In this document: piece after piece, positions 36,913 through 46,883 of the stretch
Numbering within the stretch: position 1 is the first letter of the stretch
Layout: each line of letters begins with the position of its first letter
Source of the DNA: Clostridia bacterium
Lineage (GTDB): Bacteria; Bacillota; Clostridia; Oscillospirales; RGIG5299
DNA: 64,000 nt
Reading direction: 5' to 3'
Assembly: GCA_017504945.1 (NCBI GenBank)
Contig: JAFVQJ010000023.1
Span: forward strand, 11,745 to 75,744
Position numbers and translations under genes: made by a program
Notes under the pieces: generated by a model
Told to the model about the DNA's origin: nothing
What the model saw: the letters and a program-made list of their open reading frames with translations, nothing else
The model's database searches: none

Positions 36913-37851
36913 ATGTCTGCAATAATATTTGAAAAAACCGAAAATTCATTTTTCCTCGTGCCCTCCGAGCTGGTAGACAGGTATCTCGACGGCGCAAGCG
37001 AGCTTGAGCTTAAGCTTATGCTCTATCTGCTTCGCAACGGAGGCAAGCTTCTTTCGGAGGATATGCTTGCGCAAAAATTCTCCGTTTCCGCAGAAGAAAT
37101 AATGGGCGCCGTTGATTTTTGGGTAAAGAGCGGAATAATCGTTAAAAAGAACGAACGCTATTCGATAAATTTCTCGGTGAAGGACAGCCGTCCGAGCTAT
37201 TCTGCCGACGTTATCGCAAAGCGGGTTGAGGGCGACCCGAATCTGAGGGCGCTTATAAACGGTGTAGAAACGCTGTTTGGCAAAATGCTCTCGCCCACCG
37301 AATTGAATTCTCTTATGACGCTCTACGAGTGGGACGGAATTTCCCCCGAGCTTATTTTGCTCATAATCTCGCATTGCAAGGAAAACGGCAAAAAGGGCTT
37401 TAAATACATAGAAAAGACCGCTGTCGAGTGGTTCGAGGCGGGAATAGACACGGTGGAAAAGGCAGAAGCCAAAATAAAGGAATCGGAGCGCAGAAAAAGC
37501 ACCGAATACACCGTTCAGAAGATAATAGGCGCCGAAAACAGAGCGCTCACCGCCAAGGAAAAGGAATGCGTAAATGCTTGGATAAACGAGCTTGAGACAA
37601 GTGAAGAGCTTATATCCCGCGCATATGAAACCACCGTTGAGAAAACGGGAAAATACTCGATAGGCTATATGAACACCGTTTTGCGAAGCTGGCACACGCA
37701 GGGAATAAAAACGGTAAAGGATCTTGAAAAGGATAAAAAGCCTGCCGCAAAGAAAACGTCCGCAAAGAGTAAGAACGCAAAGCTCAATGCGGGGAAATAC
37801 GCCGAATACTCTTGGGAAATACTCAAAAACGAAACTGAAAATCTCGATTAA
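36913..37851 (+). CDS. DnaD/DnaB-domain replication initiation protein
   Basis: Two DnaB_2-like repeats (YIEKTAVEW..GI.T and YMNTVLRSW..GI.T); ATG 36913 after GGAGG. Confidence 0.85.
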   Translation: MSAIIFEKTENSFFLVPSELVDRYLDGASELELKLMLYLLRNGGKLLSEDMLAQKFSVSAEEIMGAVDFWVKSGIIVKKNERYSINFSVKDSRPSYSADVIAKRVEGDPNLRALINGVETLFGKMLSPTELNSLMTLYEWDGISPELILLIISHCKENGKKGFKYIEKTAVEWFEAGIDTVEKAEAKIKESERRKSTEYTVQKIIGAENRALTAKEKECVNAWINELETSEELISRAYETTVEKTGKYSIGYMNTVLRSWHTQGIKTVKDLEKDKKPAAKKTSAKSKNAKLNAGKYAEYSWEILKNETENLD

Positions 37852-37863
37852 CGGAGAATAAAG

Positions 37864-38883
37864 ATGTATAACGCAGAAGCATATAAGGCAGTACTTGCCA
37901 AATACGAAGCAAGGCGCATCCGCCGTGAGCGCGAGCTTGAGGAAAACAGAAAAAAGGCTATCACCTCGGTGCCGCAGATAGAGACCATCGACGCCGAGCT
38001 TGCATCGCTTGCCTCGGCGGCGGTGCTTAAGGCTATGAGCAGCGAGACCGAAAAGGCAAAGAAAAAGGCGATAAAGGAATTTAAGGAGAGAAGCGTTGAG
38101 CTTCAGGCGCAGAAGATAGAGCTTTTGGTAACGGGCGGCTTCTCCACCGATTTTCTCGATGAGAAATTTCAGTGCAAAAAATGTCAGGATAAGGGCTTTA
38201 TCGGCACGAAAATGTGTGATTGCTTCAGAAAAGAGCTTAATCGCGAGTGCTACGGAAGGACAAAGCTTGCCTCGATAATCGACGATTGCACCTTCAAAAG
38301 CTTTGATCTCAGCTTTTACGACGACGAGCCCATTGCCGAATACGGCAGAAGCGCAAAGGAAAATATGAAGCGCGTTTACGACTATTGCCGTGAATACGCC
38401 GCAAGCTTCACCACCGCGTCGCCGAATTTACTTCTTACCGGTCAACCCGGGCTTGGAAAGACCTTCCTCTCCTCCGCGATAGCGAGAGAGGTAATAGACC
38501 GCGGCTTTTACGTGCTTTACGAGAGCTGTCAGAATATACTCACGAGAATGGAAAACGCTAAATTCAAAAACTTGAACGACGATTTTTCCGATCTTTTAAG
38601 CTGTGAGCTGCTTATAATCGACGATCTCGGCGCGGAATTCAAAACGCAGTTTTCCGAATCGTGCATTTATAATATAATCAACAGCCGAATAATCTCAAAG
38701 CTTCCCACCGTGATAAGCACCAACCTCACGCCCGACGAGATATCGGAAAGCTACCACGAGAGGATAGGCTCGCGCATTTTGGGCGAATATACCACCGTTA
38801 TGTTTTTGGGAACCGACGTAAGACTTCAAAAGCTTGCGCGCGCCTCGAAAAAGAAAAAGAATAAGGAAAAGACCGAGAGATGA
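37864..38883 (+). CDS. DnaC/DnaI-like helicase loader ATPase
   Basis: Zn motif CKKCQD.G...CDC, Walker A GQPGLGKT, Walker B LLIIDDLG, ISTNL. Confidence 0.88.
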   Translation: MYNAEAYKAVLAKYEARRIRRERELEENRKKAITSVPQIETIDAELASLASAAVLKAMSSETEKAKKKAIKEFKERSVELQAQKIELLVTGGFSTDFLDEKFQCKKCQDKGFIGTKMCDCFRKELNRECYGRTKLASIIDDCTFKSFDLSFYDDEPIAEYGRSAKENMKRVYDYCREYAASFTTASPNLLLTGQPGLGKTFLSSAIAREVIDRGFYVLYESCQNILTRMENAKFKNLNDDFSDLLSCELLIIDDLGAEFKTQFSESCIYNIINSRIISKLPTVISTNLTPDEISESYHERIGSRILGEYTTVMFLGTDVRLQKLARASKKKKNKEKTER

Positions 38884-40220
38884 AAAGTCTTTATGACGTC
38901 GGCAGGGAATATGCAGAAAGCGATTACGCCGTATTCTCAATGCCGGGACATAAAAACAGAGCGAGCTTCGTTCTTCCCGAGGGCGCATATCGGTACGATT
39001 TTACCGAGCTTTCGGTGACCGACGATCTTTATTGCTCGGAAAACGGAATAAAAAATATTGAAATAACTGCCGAAAAGCTTTTTGGCAGTTATTTTTCGTG
39101 TCTTTCGGTGGCAGGTGCATCGCTTTGCGTTATGGCGGCGATGGGCATTGCGAGAAAATTTACCGAAAAGATAGTGATATCGCGCTTTTGCCACTCGAGC
39201 GCGGTAAACGGAATGAGCATTTTCGGGCTCACACCCGTCTGGCTCACGCAGAAGCGATGCGGCACCGCCTTTGCGCCTCTTTGTGCAGAGGAGATAGAGA
39301 GAAAAATAGCGGAGGACAGCTCAATAGGCGCCGTTTTTATAACCACTCCCGATTACTACGGTACCGTTACCGACCTTAAAGGGATATCAACGGTGTGCAA
39401 AAGGCACAAAAAGCTTTTGATCGTAGATAACTCTCACGGCACTCACTTCGTGCTTGGCGGCACTCACCCGATAAAATACGCCGATATAACTTGCGATTCC
39501 CTTCACAAAACGCTGCCGTCGCTCACGGGAACGGCACTGCTCAATATTTCAAAGAGCCTTGAGAATAAGGTAGAAAAGGACGAGGTAAAGGATGTAATGA
39601 AGCGTCTTTCCTCCACGAGCCCCTCCTATTTGCTTGCACTTTCTGCGGAAAGCTGTATAAATTGGATGATAAAAGAGGGAAAAAGCGCCTATTTGAAGGC
39701 AAATCGGACGGCGCTTGAGGCAAGAGAAAAAATAGAGGCGCTCGGATTTGAGCTGAATTGCGGAAAGGTTGACCCCTGCAGAATATGTATCTCTGCGCTC
39801 GGCTTCGGAATTGACGGTAAGCGGCTTTACAGCCTTTTGCTTGACGAAAAGGTGGTCTGCGAGATGGCGGACGACGTTTTTGCCGTTGCGATATTAACGC
39901 CGTTTAACAGCGAGAGCGACCTTTCCCGTCTTATAAACGCCCTTGAAAAGATTGCAAAAAACGGCAAAAAACGCCCTGCAAATATCCCGCCGCTTGAATT
40001 TTATATTCCGAAATGCGCCAAAAGGCTTGCATTTTTCGACGGCGAAAAAACCGAAAAGCTGCCCCTGTGTTCGTCGTATGGCAGAATATCTGCCGAAAAC
40101 AAATATATTTATCCTCCCTCAAGACCGATAGTTCTCTGCGGCGAGATAATTGACGAAAAGGTAATAGATGAGCTTACCGCCGCGGGAGAAAAGACGGTAA
40201 GGGTAGTTTCGGAAAAATAA
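38880..40220 (+). CDS. Orn/Lys/Arg decarboxylase family PLP enzyme (YaaO-like)
   Basis: FSMPGHK, DFTEL, TTPDYYG, SLHKTLP, STSPSY, YPP. Confidence 0.88.
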   Translation: MKSLYDVGREYAESDYAVFSMPGHKNRASFVLPEGAYRYDFTELSVTDDLYCSENGIKNIEITAEKLFGSYFSCLSVAGASLCVMAAMGIARKFTEKIVISRFCHSSAVNGMSIFGLTPVWLTQKRCGTAFAPLCAEEIERKIAEDSSIGAVFITTPDYYGTVTDLKGISTVCKRHKKLLIVDNSHGTHFVLGGTHPIKYADITCDSLHKTLPSLTGTALLNISKSLENKVEKDEVKDVMKRLSSTSPSYLLALSAESCINWMIKEGKSAYLKANRTALEAREKIEALGFELNCGKVDPCRICISALGFGIDGKRLYSLLLDEKVVCEMADDVFAVAILTPFNSESDLSRLINALEKIAKNGKKRPANIPPLEFYIPKCAKRLAFFDGEKTEKLPLCSSYGRISAENKYIYPPSRPIVLCGEIIDEKVIDELTAAGEKTVRVVSEK

Positions 40221-40285
40221 TTATTGTAATGTTTAAAAAAATATAGTATAATAATATATTAAGAAAATAAGAAAGGGCAAAAACA

Positions 40286-40609
40286 ATGAAACTTGTAATG
40301 GCAATTGTTAATAACGACGACAGCAACAGAGTTCAGAAGGCGCTGGCAAGCGGCGGATTTTCGGCAACCAAGCTTGCAACCACCGGCGGTTTTCTTATGT
40401 CGGGAAATACTACCTTTATAATAGGTACCGAGGACGAGCGCGTTACCGCTCTTATAGACATTTTGAGAATACACTCCAAAAGACGTTACGAAAGGCTTGA
40501 GACCGTTAACGTATCCGACGGCAGCTTTATCGCTCCCGCCTCCACCGAGATAATGGTCGGCGGCGCAACGGTATTCGTAATGAACGTCGAAAGGTTTGAA
40601 AAGATTTGA
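40286..40609 (+). CDS. darA: Cyclic-di-AMP receptor, PII-like (DarA/PstA)
   Basis: MKLVMAIVNNDD, TKLATTGGFL..GNTT, VGGATVFV. Confidence 0.92.
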   Translation: MKLVMAIVNNDDSNRVQKALASGGFSATKLATTGGFLMSGNTTFIIGTEDERVTALIDILRIHSKRRYERLETVNVSDGSFIAPASTEIMVGGATVFVMNVERFEKI

Positions 40610-41589
40610 CAGGGCAGACAGGCATTATCGGAAACTCACGCAATATCGAGCTTATAAAGGCGCTTGCAAACGGCAAGAGCTTCGGTAATGCATTTCTGTT
40701 TTTAGGCAAAAAGGGGTCGGGAAGGCATTTGCTTGCCTCGCACCTTATGGCGTCGTTGCTTTGCGAAAAAAGCAACCATTGCGGCGAGTGCCGCGCCTGC
40801 AGACTGGCGCAAAAAGGCATACATCCCGATATTATCCTTCTCACCCCGGGTGAGAACAGGAAAAACGTCAGCGTTGAGGACGTAAGAGAGTTTGTAAAAG
40901 AGGCGTTTATGAAAACGGTTGAGGGAAAGAAAAAGTTCCTCGTTATAAACGACGTCGACAAGCTCAACGTTCAGTCGCAAAACGCTCTTCTCCTTGTGCT
41001 TGAGGAGCCGCCGGAGCAGACGGTATTCGTGCTTTTTGCAGAAAATAAAAACCGCGTTTTGCAAACCGTGCTTTCGCGCTCCACCGTAATAAATACAGAT
41101 ATAATACCTATTAAAGATATAGAAGAATACCTTATTGAAAAGGGAACGGAGCCAAAAAAGGCGCTGTATGCGGCAAGGCTCTCGGAGGGCTCCGTGGGAA
41201 AGGCGCTTGAGCTTTGCGAAGGCGAAAGGGACGAGAGTCAGATCTCGGAGGCGTTAAGGAGCTTTGCTCTTAAAAGTCCCTTTTTGGCGTATGAAAAATT
41301 TTTTTCACTCTCGCTTTCGAGCCGCGATGATATAATGGGGCTTGCAAAGGGAATTCTGGGCGCGGCAAGAGATCTTCTCGTTTACAAAGCCACGGGTAAA
41401 ATAGAAAAAACGGAGTTTTTCTCCGATGAAGCGCTTATAATAAAGGCGTCCTCGGTGCTTTCCGAGGAGGGACTTATAAAGCTTATAACGGTAGCCGACG
41501 AGACCGTTTCGTTTGCGGAGCAAAACTGCAACGTCGGTGCGCTTTCGGCGAATTTATTTATAAAAGGTTGGGAATGTTTCAATGGTTGA
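40606..41589 (+). CDS. holB: DNA polymerase III delta' subunit
   Basis: Degenerate P-loop, CGECRAC, HPDI, SQNALL..LEEPP, TVLSR. Confidence 0.88.
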   Translation: MTGQTGIIGNSRNIELIKALANGKSFGNAFLFLGKKGSGRHLLASHLMASLLCEKSNHCGECRACRLAQKGIHPDIILLTPGENRKNVSVEDVREFVKEAFMKTVEGKKKFLVINDVDKLNVQSQNALLLVLEEPPEQTVFVLFAENKNRVLQTVLSRSTVINTDIIPIKDIEEYLIEKGTEPKKALYAARLSEGSVGKALELCEGERDESQISEALRSFALKSPFLAYEKFFSLSLSSRDDIMGLAKGILGAARDLLVYKATGKIEKTEFFSDEALIIKASSVLSEEGLIKLITVADETVSFAEQNCNVGALSANLFIKGWECFNG

Positions 41590-42457
41590 GGTAATAGGAG
41601 TTTCCTTTAAAAAATCCGGCAAGGTCTACTATTTCAGTCCGGGTAAACTAAAAATAGAAAAGGGTTATAACGTAATAGTCGAAACGGCGCGCGGCGTTGA
41701 ATTCGGCTACGTGGCGTTCGGCAACCGCGAGGTTGACGAGTCGACTATCGTTGCCCCCTTGAAGCAGGTGCTTCGAATAGCCACCGAGAAGGATAAGCAA
41801 AATAACGAATCAAACCGTCAGCGCGAAAAAGAGGCGTTTGCGATATGCGAAAACAAGATAGCGAAGCACGGCCTTGAAATGAAGCTCGTTGACGTTGAAT
41901 ATACCTTCGACGGCAGTAAGATACTGTTTTACTTCACGGCGGACGGCAGAGTTGATTTCAGAGAGCTCGTTAAGGATCTTGCTTCGGCATTTCGCACCCG
42001 CATAGAGCTTCGTCAGATAGGCGTGCGCGACGAGAGCAAGCTGCTCGGAGGTCTCGGAATATGCGGTCAGCCCTATTGCTGCTCGAGATTTTTAAACGAT
42101 TTTCAGCCCGTTTCGATAAAAATGGCAAAGGAACAGGGGCTTTCTCTTAATCCCACCAAGATATCCGGTGCCTGCGGCAGACTTATGTGCTGTCTTAAAT
42201 ACGAGCAGGAGGCGTATGAGGAGCTTATAAAGAAAACGCCGCGAGTGGGCGCGATAGTCAAAACGCCCGACGGCGAGGGAACGGTAAGCGACGTAAATCT
42301 TCTTCGCGGAAGACTCAAGGTGAAACTGAAAAGCGAACTTCCCGACTCGGCACCGAAGGAATACGCCGCAAAAGAGGTAAGGCTTATCAAGAACGCCTCT
42401 AACAGACAAAACGACGAAAATATAGATATGGAAGCTCTCAAAAAGCTTGAAGAATAA
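41582..42457 (+). CDS. ricT: PSP1 / RicT (YaaT) protein
   Basis: FYFTADGRVDFRELVKDLA, GLGICGQPYCC, ISGACGRLMCCLKYE. Confidence 0.93.
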   Translation: MVEVIGVSFKKSGKVYYFSPGKLKIEKGYNVIVETARGVEFGYVAFGNREVDESTIVAPLKQVLRIATEKDKQNNESNRQREKEAFAICENKIAKHGLEMKLVDVEYTFDGSKILFYFTADGRVDFRELVKDLASAFRTRIELRQIGVRDESKLLGGLGICGQPYCCSRFLNDFQPVSIKMAKEQGLSLNPTKISGACGRLMCCLKYEQEAYEELIKKTPRVGAIVKTPDGEGTVSDVNLLRGRLKVKLKSELPDSAPKEYAAKEVRLIKNASNRQNDENIDMEALKKLEE

Positions 42458-42492
42458 AAAATATCCGCTCTTTTAAAGAGCGGATATTTTTT
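42456..42492. terminator. Bidirectional terminator
   Basis: AAAAAATATCCGCTCTTT-T-AAAGAGCGGATATTTTTT. Confidence 0.8.
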
Positions 42493-42506
42493 ATTTTTTT
42501 ACCGTT

Positions 42507-44357
42507 TTATTTTATTATCTTTATTCCGGTGGTGTTGTTGAAATCACCGAGATCGAGCGAAGAACAGCCGGAGCAGTATATCGAGCTTATATGCTCGTTG
42601 CCCGAAAGCGCGGCAATCGAGGTAACGGAGGTAACGCCGTTTATCTTAAGGTATTTAAGATTTTCGCACGATGCAAGGGGTGAAACGTCGGTAAATGCGT
42701 TTTGCTCGTTGAAGATGTCTGCCGATGCGGGCGAGTTTGAAATATCGAGCGTTACGACGTTTAACGACGCAAAGTCGGCAAGCGAGGTAATGCCGCAGTT
42801 TCTCGCGGTAAGCGTTGTGAGCGCAGAGGAGGAAAGGGCGGTAAAGCTGCTTACGGGGTTACCGCTTATATCCACCGACTTCAACGAGGTCTTGCCCGAA
42901 AGTGCCGAGATCGAGGTAATGCCGTTGTTTGCAAGCTCGAGGTTCTGAAGCTTTCCGAGCTTCGCAAGAGCGTTTATCGACTGTATCTGGTTGCCGGAAA
43001 GCTCAAGCGTTACGAGCGAGGTGCATTTTTCAAGATCGACGATGCTGCTTATATTATTGTAGGCGGCGGTGAAGCTCTTGAGATTCTTGAGCGACTTAAG
43101 GGGAGAAAGCGATGAAATGCCGTTAAAGGAAACGCTCAGCGTTTCAAGCTTTGAATTGGAGCTGAACGCCGTGAGAGATTTGAGCTGATTCTGGTCGAAT
43201 ATCGCCGTCTTGAGATTTACGAGCTGACTTATGGGCGTTACCGACGATATGAAGTTTGAGCTCATATCAACGTAGGTGAGGGTGGTTATGGAGCATATCG
43301 ACTTGAATATCGCATTGGATACCGAGCAGTTTACGAGAGAGAGCGACTCGAGCGATGGTAGCTGTGAGAAATCGCAATACTCGGTAATTGACTGCTGATC
43401 CTTCAAATAAAGCGTTTTGAGGTTTTTGAAGTTGGGAAGATCTGCAAGCGAGGTAACGCTTCCGTCGCCGGTGTAGAGAGAGGAATCTATCTCCTCAAGA
43501 AGCATAATATCGGAGAATGTTATCGATTTAACGCTTTTTCCTAAATTTGCGGCAACTATCTTGCCGAGCACCGCGTCCTTAAAGGTGTATTTCTTGGAGG
43601 GATCGGCGAAGTTGTAGTTTACGGTCGCAACGCGGCTTATGAGCCCTTCCGAATTTACGGCGACAGCCTTGACTACAAGACTGCTCTCATAGGCGCTGAC
43701 GTCTATGGGATCACTGTATTTTGCCGACGAAACGGTGGGAACGGTGCCGTCAAGCGTGTAGTATATGTCACATTCCGAGTCGGTTGAAATGGTAACGGAG
43801 GTTACCTTTTCTGTGGTATTTGCAGAGGGGAGAATTCTCACCGCGGCAGGCGAGATATCGTCAAGCCTTGATTTTACCGAAAGGCTGGTAATGGAGTCGA
43901 TAACGTCGTAGGCAGAGGTCATTTTGCCTGCGCGAACGTAAAAGCCTATGAGGAAGGCGGGATATCTGTACTCGTTGGGAGCAAGATAAATGCCCTCGTC
44001 AACGGTCTTTAAAACGTTGTTTTCGTCGTTACACATCTCGTAGCATACGGCAAGCTTCAAACGGTAATCAACGTTATCCGCGGCAAGCGACACCGCCTCG
44101 GTGTAATGCTCGAGAGCGGAGGCGTAAAGCCCCTGATCGAAAAACTCGTTGCCCTTGTTAAAGGCGCTTACTGCGGCGCCGTTATTCGCAAGCAGGGTAT
44201 TGTAAACGAATACCGATGAGAAAAAGAGAATAACGGTAACCGAGAAGGAAACTAACATGCGGAAAAAGACCGAAAGATGAAAATCGTGCTTCGGTTTTTT
44301 CTTTTTCGGCATTTTCTTAAGCTCTATTTTGTTTGAGGGAATTTTAGTGGTGTTCAT
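42507..44357 (-). CDS. Membrane-anchored TPR + chitobiase/FN3-associated + internalin-like leucine-rich-repeat protein
   Basis: N-terminal TM helix, TPR (FNKGNEFFDQGLYASALEHY), IYYTLDGTVPT motif, many LxxLxLxxNxI repeats. Confidence 0.82.
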   Translation of the reverse strand: MNTTKIPSNKIELKKMPKKKKPKHDFHLSVFFRMLVSFSVTVILFFSSVFVYNTLLANNGAAVSAFNKGNEFFDQGLYASALEHYTEAVSLAADNVDYRLKLAVCYEMCNDENNVLKTVDEGIYLAPNEYRYPAFLIGFYVRAGKMTSAYDVIDSITSLSVKSRLDDISPAAVRILPSANTTEKVTSVTISTDSECDIYYTLDGTVPTVSSAKYSDPIDVSAYESSLVVKAVAVNSEGLISRVATVNYNFADPSKKYTFKDAVLGKIVAANLGKSVKSITFSDIMLLEEIDSSLYTGDGSVTSLADLPNFKNLKTLYLKDQQSITEYCDFSQLPSLESLSLVNCSVSNAIFKSICSITTLTYVDMSSNFISSVTPISQLVNLKTAIFDQNQLKSLTAFSSNSKLETLSVSFNGISSLSPLKSLKNLKSFTAAYNNISSIVDLEKCTSLVTLELSGNQIQSINALAKLGKLQNLELANNGITSISALSGKTSLKSVDISGNPVSSFTALSSSALTTLTARNCGITSLADFASLNVVTLDISNSPASADIFNEQNAFTDVSPLASCENLKYLKINGVTSVTSIAALSGNEHISSIYCSGCSSLDLGDFNNTTGIKIIK

Positions 44358-44386
44358 AAAATCACCTTTCGTAAAAAAGAAAACTG

Positions 44387-45748
44387 TTATTTTCTCGTTT
44401 TAAGAGGAGTATAGCGAATGGGAGTTGCAATGCTCTTGTAGGCGGGACGGATTATCTTCTTGCAGGAGGTAAGCTCTTCAAGACGGTGTGCGCTCCAGCC
44501 CGTTATTCTCGAAAGAGCAAACAGGGGAGTGAAAAGCTCTGTGGGAATGCCGAGCATTTTATAAACGAAGCCCGAATACATATCTACGTTTGAGGATATC
44601 TGCTTTTCGCTCTTTTTATATCTCGAATAGATATAAGGAGTGAGCTCTTCGACCTTTTTAATAAGATTAAACTCGTTGTAAAGGGCGGCATCCTTTTTCG
44701 CAAGCTTTTCGGCATACTGCTTCAAAAGGAGCGAGCGGGGATCGCTTAAGGTATAGACCGCGTGACCCATACCGTAGATAAGGCCCGATCTGTCGCATAC
44801 CTCTTTTCTTATTATTCTTTCGAGGAAAGCAATTATTTCCTCGTCGTCCGACCAGTTGCTTACGCTTGACTTGATAACGTCCATCATCTCGACGACCTTG
44901 ATGTTTGCACCGCCGTGCTTGGGACCCTTAAGCGAGTTTACCGCGCCCGATATTGCGGCGTAAATGTCGGTTCCCGATGAGGTGAGAACGCGGGTGGTGA
45001 AGGTGGAGTTGTTACCGCCGCCGTGCTCCGCGTGTAAAACAAGACAGAGGTCAAGAAGCTTGGCTTCCTCGTCGGTATATCCTTCCTTTCCTCTTATGAG
45101 AGAGAGGAAGGCCTCGGCGATGGATTTGCTTTTTGAGGAGAGAGCGGGAATATCGACCTCCGAAAGTCTGCCCTGCTCGTTCAAGTAGTTTAAAGCGATT
45201 ATGATGGGGAAGCGTGCGATAAGCTCGACCGACTGGCGAATCGAGTTTTCAAGCGAGCAATCGTCGGCTCTCTTGTCGTATGAGTAGAGGGCAAGCACCG
45301 AGGAGGCAAGCTTGTTCATATAGTTAGAGGTCTTAATGCCCTTTATTACGGATTCAACGTATCCGTCGGGCAGGCGGCTCGCATCGAAGAGAATAGTCTT
45401 GAAGCGGTCAAGCTGCTGGGCATTGGGAAGCTTTCCGAAGAGGAGAAGATATGCGGTCTCCTCAAAGCCGTAGCGATCGTCGGCGGTGATGCCGCTTACT
45501 ATATCGTTGATATTTATGCCGCGGTAGATCAGCTCGCCCTTGCAGGGCTTTTTCTCACCCTCGTCGATGATATAGCCGTGAACGTTACATATCTTGGTAA
45601 GACCTGCTATAACACCAGTTCCGTCGCTGTTGCGGAGTCCGCGCTTGACGGCTATCTTGTTATAATATGAATTATCGAGGTTGTTATACTTCTCGTATCT
45701 GTTTACGACCTCGTTAATAAACGTCTGATATTGCTTTGTAGTAGTCAT
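44387..45748 (-). CDS. gltA: Citrate synthase (Si-type)
   Basis: GELIYRG, LHAEHGGGNNSTF, GPKHGGAN, YGMGHAVY..SDPR, NVDMYSG. Confidence 0.92.
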   Translation of the reverse strand: MTTTKQYQTFINEVVNRYEKYNNLDNSYYNKIAVKRGLRNSDGTGVIAGLTKICNVHGYIIDEGEKKPCKGELIYRGININDIVSGITADDRYGFEETAYLLLFGKLPNAQQLDRFKTILFDASRLPDGYVESVIKGIKTSNYMNKLASSVLALYSYDKRADDCSLENSIRQSVELIARFPIIIALNYLNEQGRLSEVDIPALSSKSKSIAEAFLSLIRGKEGYTDEEAKLLDLCLVLHAEHGGGNNSTFTTRVLTSSGTDIYAAISGAVNSLKGPKHGGANIKVVEMMDVIKSSVSNWSDDEEIIAFLERIIRKEVCDRSGLIYGMGHAVYTLSDPRSLLLKQYAEKLAKKDAALYNEFNLIKKVEELTPYIYSRYKKSEKQISSNVDMYSGFVYKMLGIPTELFTPLFALSRITGWSAHRLEELTSCKKIIRPAYKSIATPIRYTPLKTRK

Positions 45749-45878
45749 AATTATCACATCCTAACGTATATATTAATATATTTCACAAAAATAATTAAGA
45801 GAAAATGCAATAAAATTTTTTAAATTACTATAAAAACACTATAATATTATTATAAAATGCGATGGAAGGAAAAGAAAT

Positions 45879-46823
45879 ATGAGACTTTTGAAATTTTTGT
45901 GCATAGTGATCGCGCTCTCTCTGCCGATAGTTACGGTGCCTTATTTTTTCGCTTCGGCGGTAAGGCTTAAAGGAGGAGTGGACGAAAATACCGTGATATC
46001 GGTCTACGACGTTTCGCTTTCGCAAAGAACGGAAATGAGGCTTTTTGACTATCTTTGCGGCGTCGTGGCGGCTGAAATGCCTGCTCTCTACAACGTAGAG
46101 GCGCTTAAGGCGCAGGCTGTGGCGGCGTTTACATATTTTGCAAAGAGAGCCGAGTCGGGAGAGGAAAGCGAGGCGCATGCGGGCTGTGCCGTCTGCACAA
46201 GCTCCTCTCATTGCAGCGCCTTTATAAACGAGGAGCGTCAGAAAGAGCGTTGGGGAGAAAATTACGGTGTCTACCGCACGAAAATAGAGGAGGCGGTGAG
46301 AGCCGTTTACGGAAAGGTGATAACCTACGGCGGAAAAGCCATCGACGCTCTCTATTTTGCGCGCTCGTCGGGCAAGACTGAAAGCGCCGCGGACGTTTGG
46401 GGCAATCACTACGGCTATCTTACAGCCGTCAACAGCGAGGTCGACGAGAGCGGGAGCGGCTTTGTGTCGGAGGTGGTAATGAGCCTTTCGGAGTTTGAGG
46501 AAAAATTTAAGGAAAAATATCCGAATGCAAGCGAAAGTGGGATATTCACAGAGGTTGCTCGCTCCGGATCGGGCGGAGTTTTGTCGGCAAAGGTGCTTGG
46601 GGTTACCGTTACGGGCAGAGAGCTTCGCTCGATGTACTCCCTCAATTCCACTAATTTTACGGTAAGCGAGCAGGACGGAAAGATAACCTTTACCGTAAAG
46701 GGAAAGGGACACGGCGTGGGTATGAGCCAATACGGCGCAAACGCAATGGCAAAGCTCGGCTACGGCTGGGAGGAGATAATAAAGCACTATTATACCGGCG
46801 TGGAAATATCAAATTACCGATAA
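45879..46823 (+). CDS. spoIID: Stage II sporulation protein D
   Basis: YLCGVVAAEMP...EALKAQAVAA, GHGVGMSQYGA, IIKHYYTG. Confidence 0.92.
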   Translation: MRLLKFLCIVIALSLPIVTVPYFFASAVRLKGGVDENTVISVYDVSLSQRTEMRLFDYLCGVVAAEMPALYNVEALKAQAVAAFTYFAKRAESGEESEAHAGCAVCTSSSHCSAFINEERQKERWGENYGVYRTKIEEAVRAVYGKVITYGGKAIDALYFARSSGKTESAADVWGNHYGYLTAVNSEVDESGSGFVSEVVMSLSEFEEKFKEKYPNASESGIFTEVARSGSGGVLSAKVLGVTVTGRELRSMYSLNSTNFTVSEQDGKITFTVKGKGHGVGMSQYGANAMAKLGYGWEEIIKHYYTGVEISNYR

Positions 46824-46883
46824 AAGAATAAAACGGCGCGATAATGTTAAAAATAAAGGCAGAATAAATAACGGAGGATAAAA

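Noticed and set aside
36913-38883. DnaD + DnaC pair as a prophage or ICE replication module
   Set aside because: Flanked by rpmF/yceD and yaaO-holB housekeeping genes, with no integrase or phage genes; this is the usual chromosomal pair in Clostridia.
45828-46787. Long minus-strand ORF (319 aa); similarly 36946-37695, 23979-24722, 29881-30570 and 27917-28534
   Set aside because: Antisense shadows of well-supported genes (spoIID, dnaD, enoate reductase, gerKC, gerKA).
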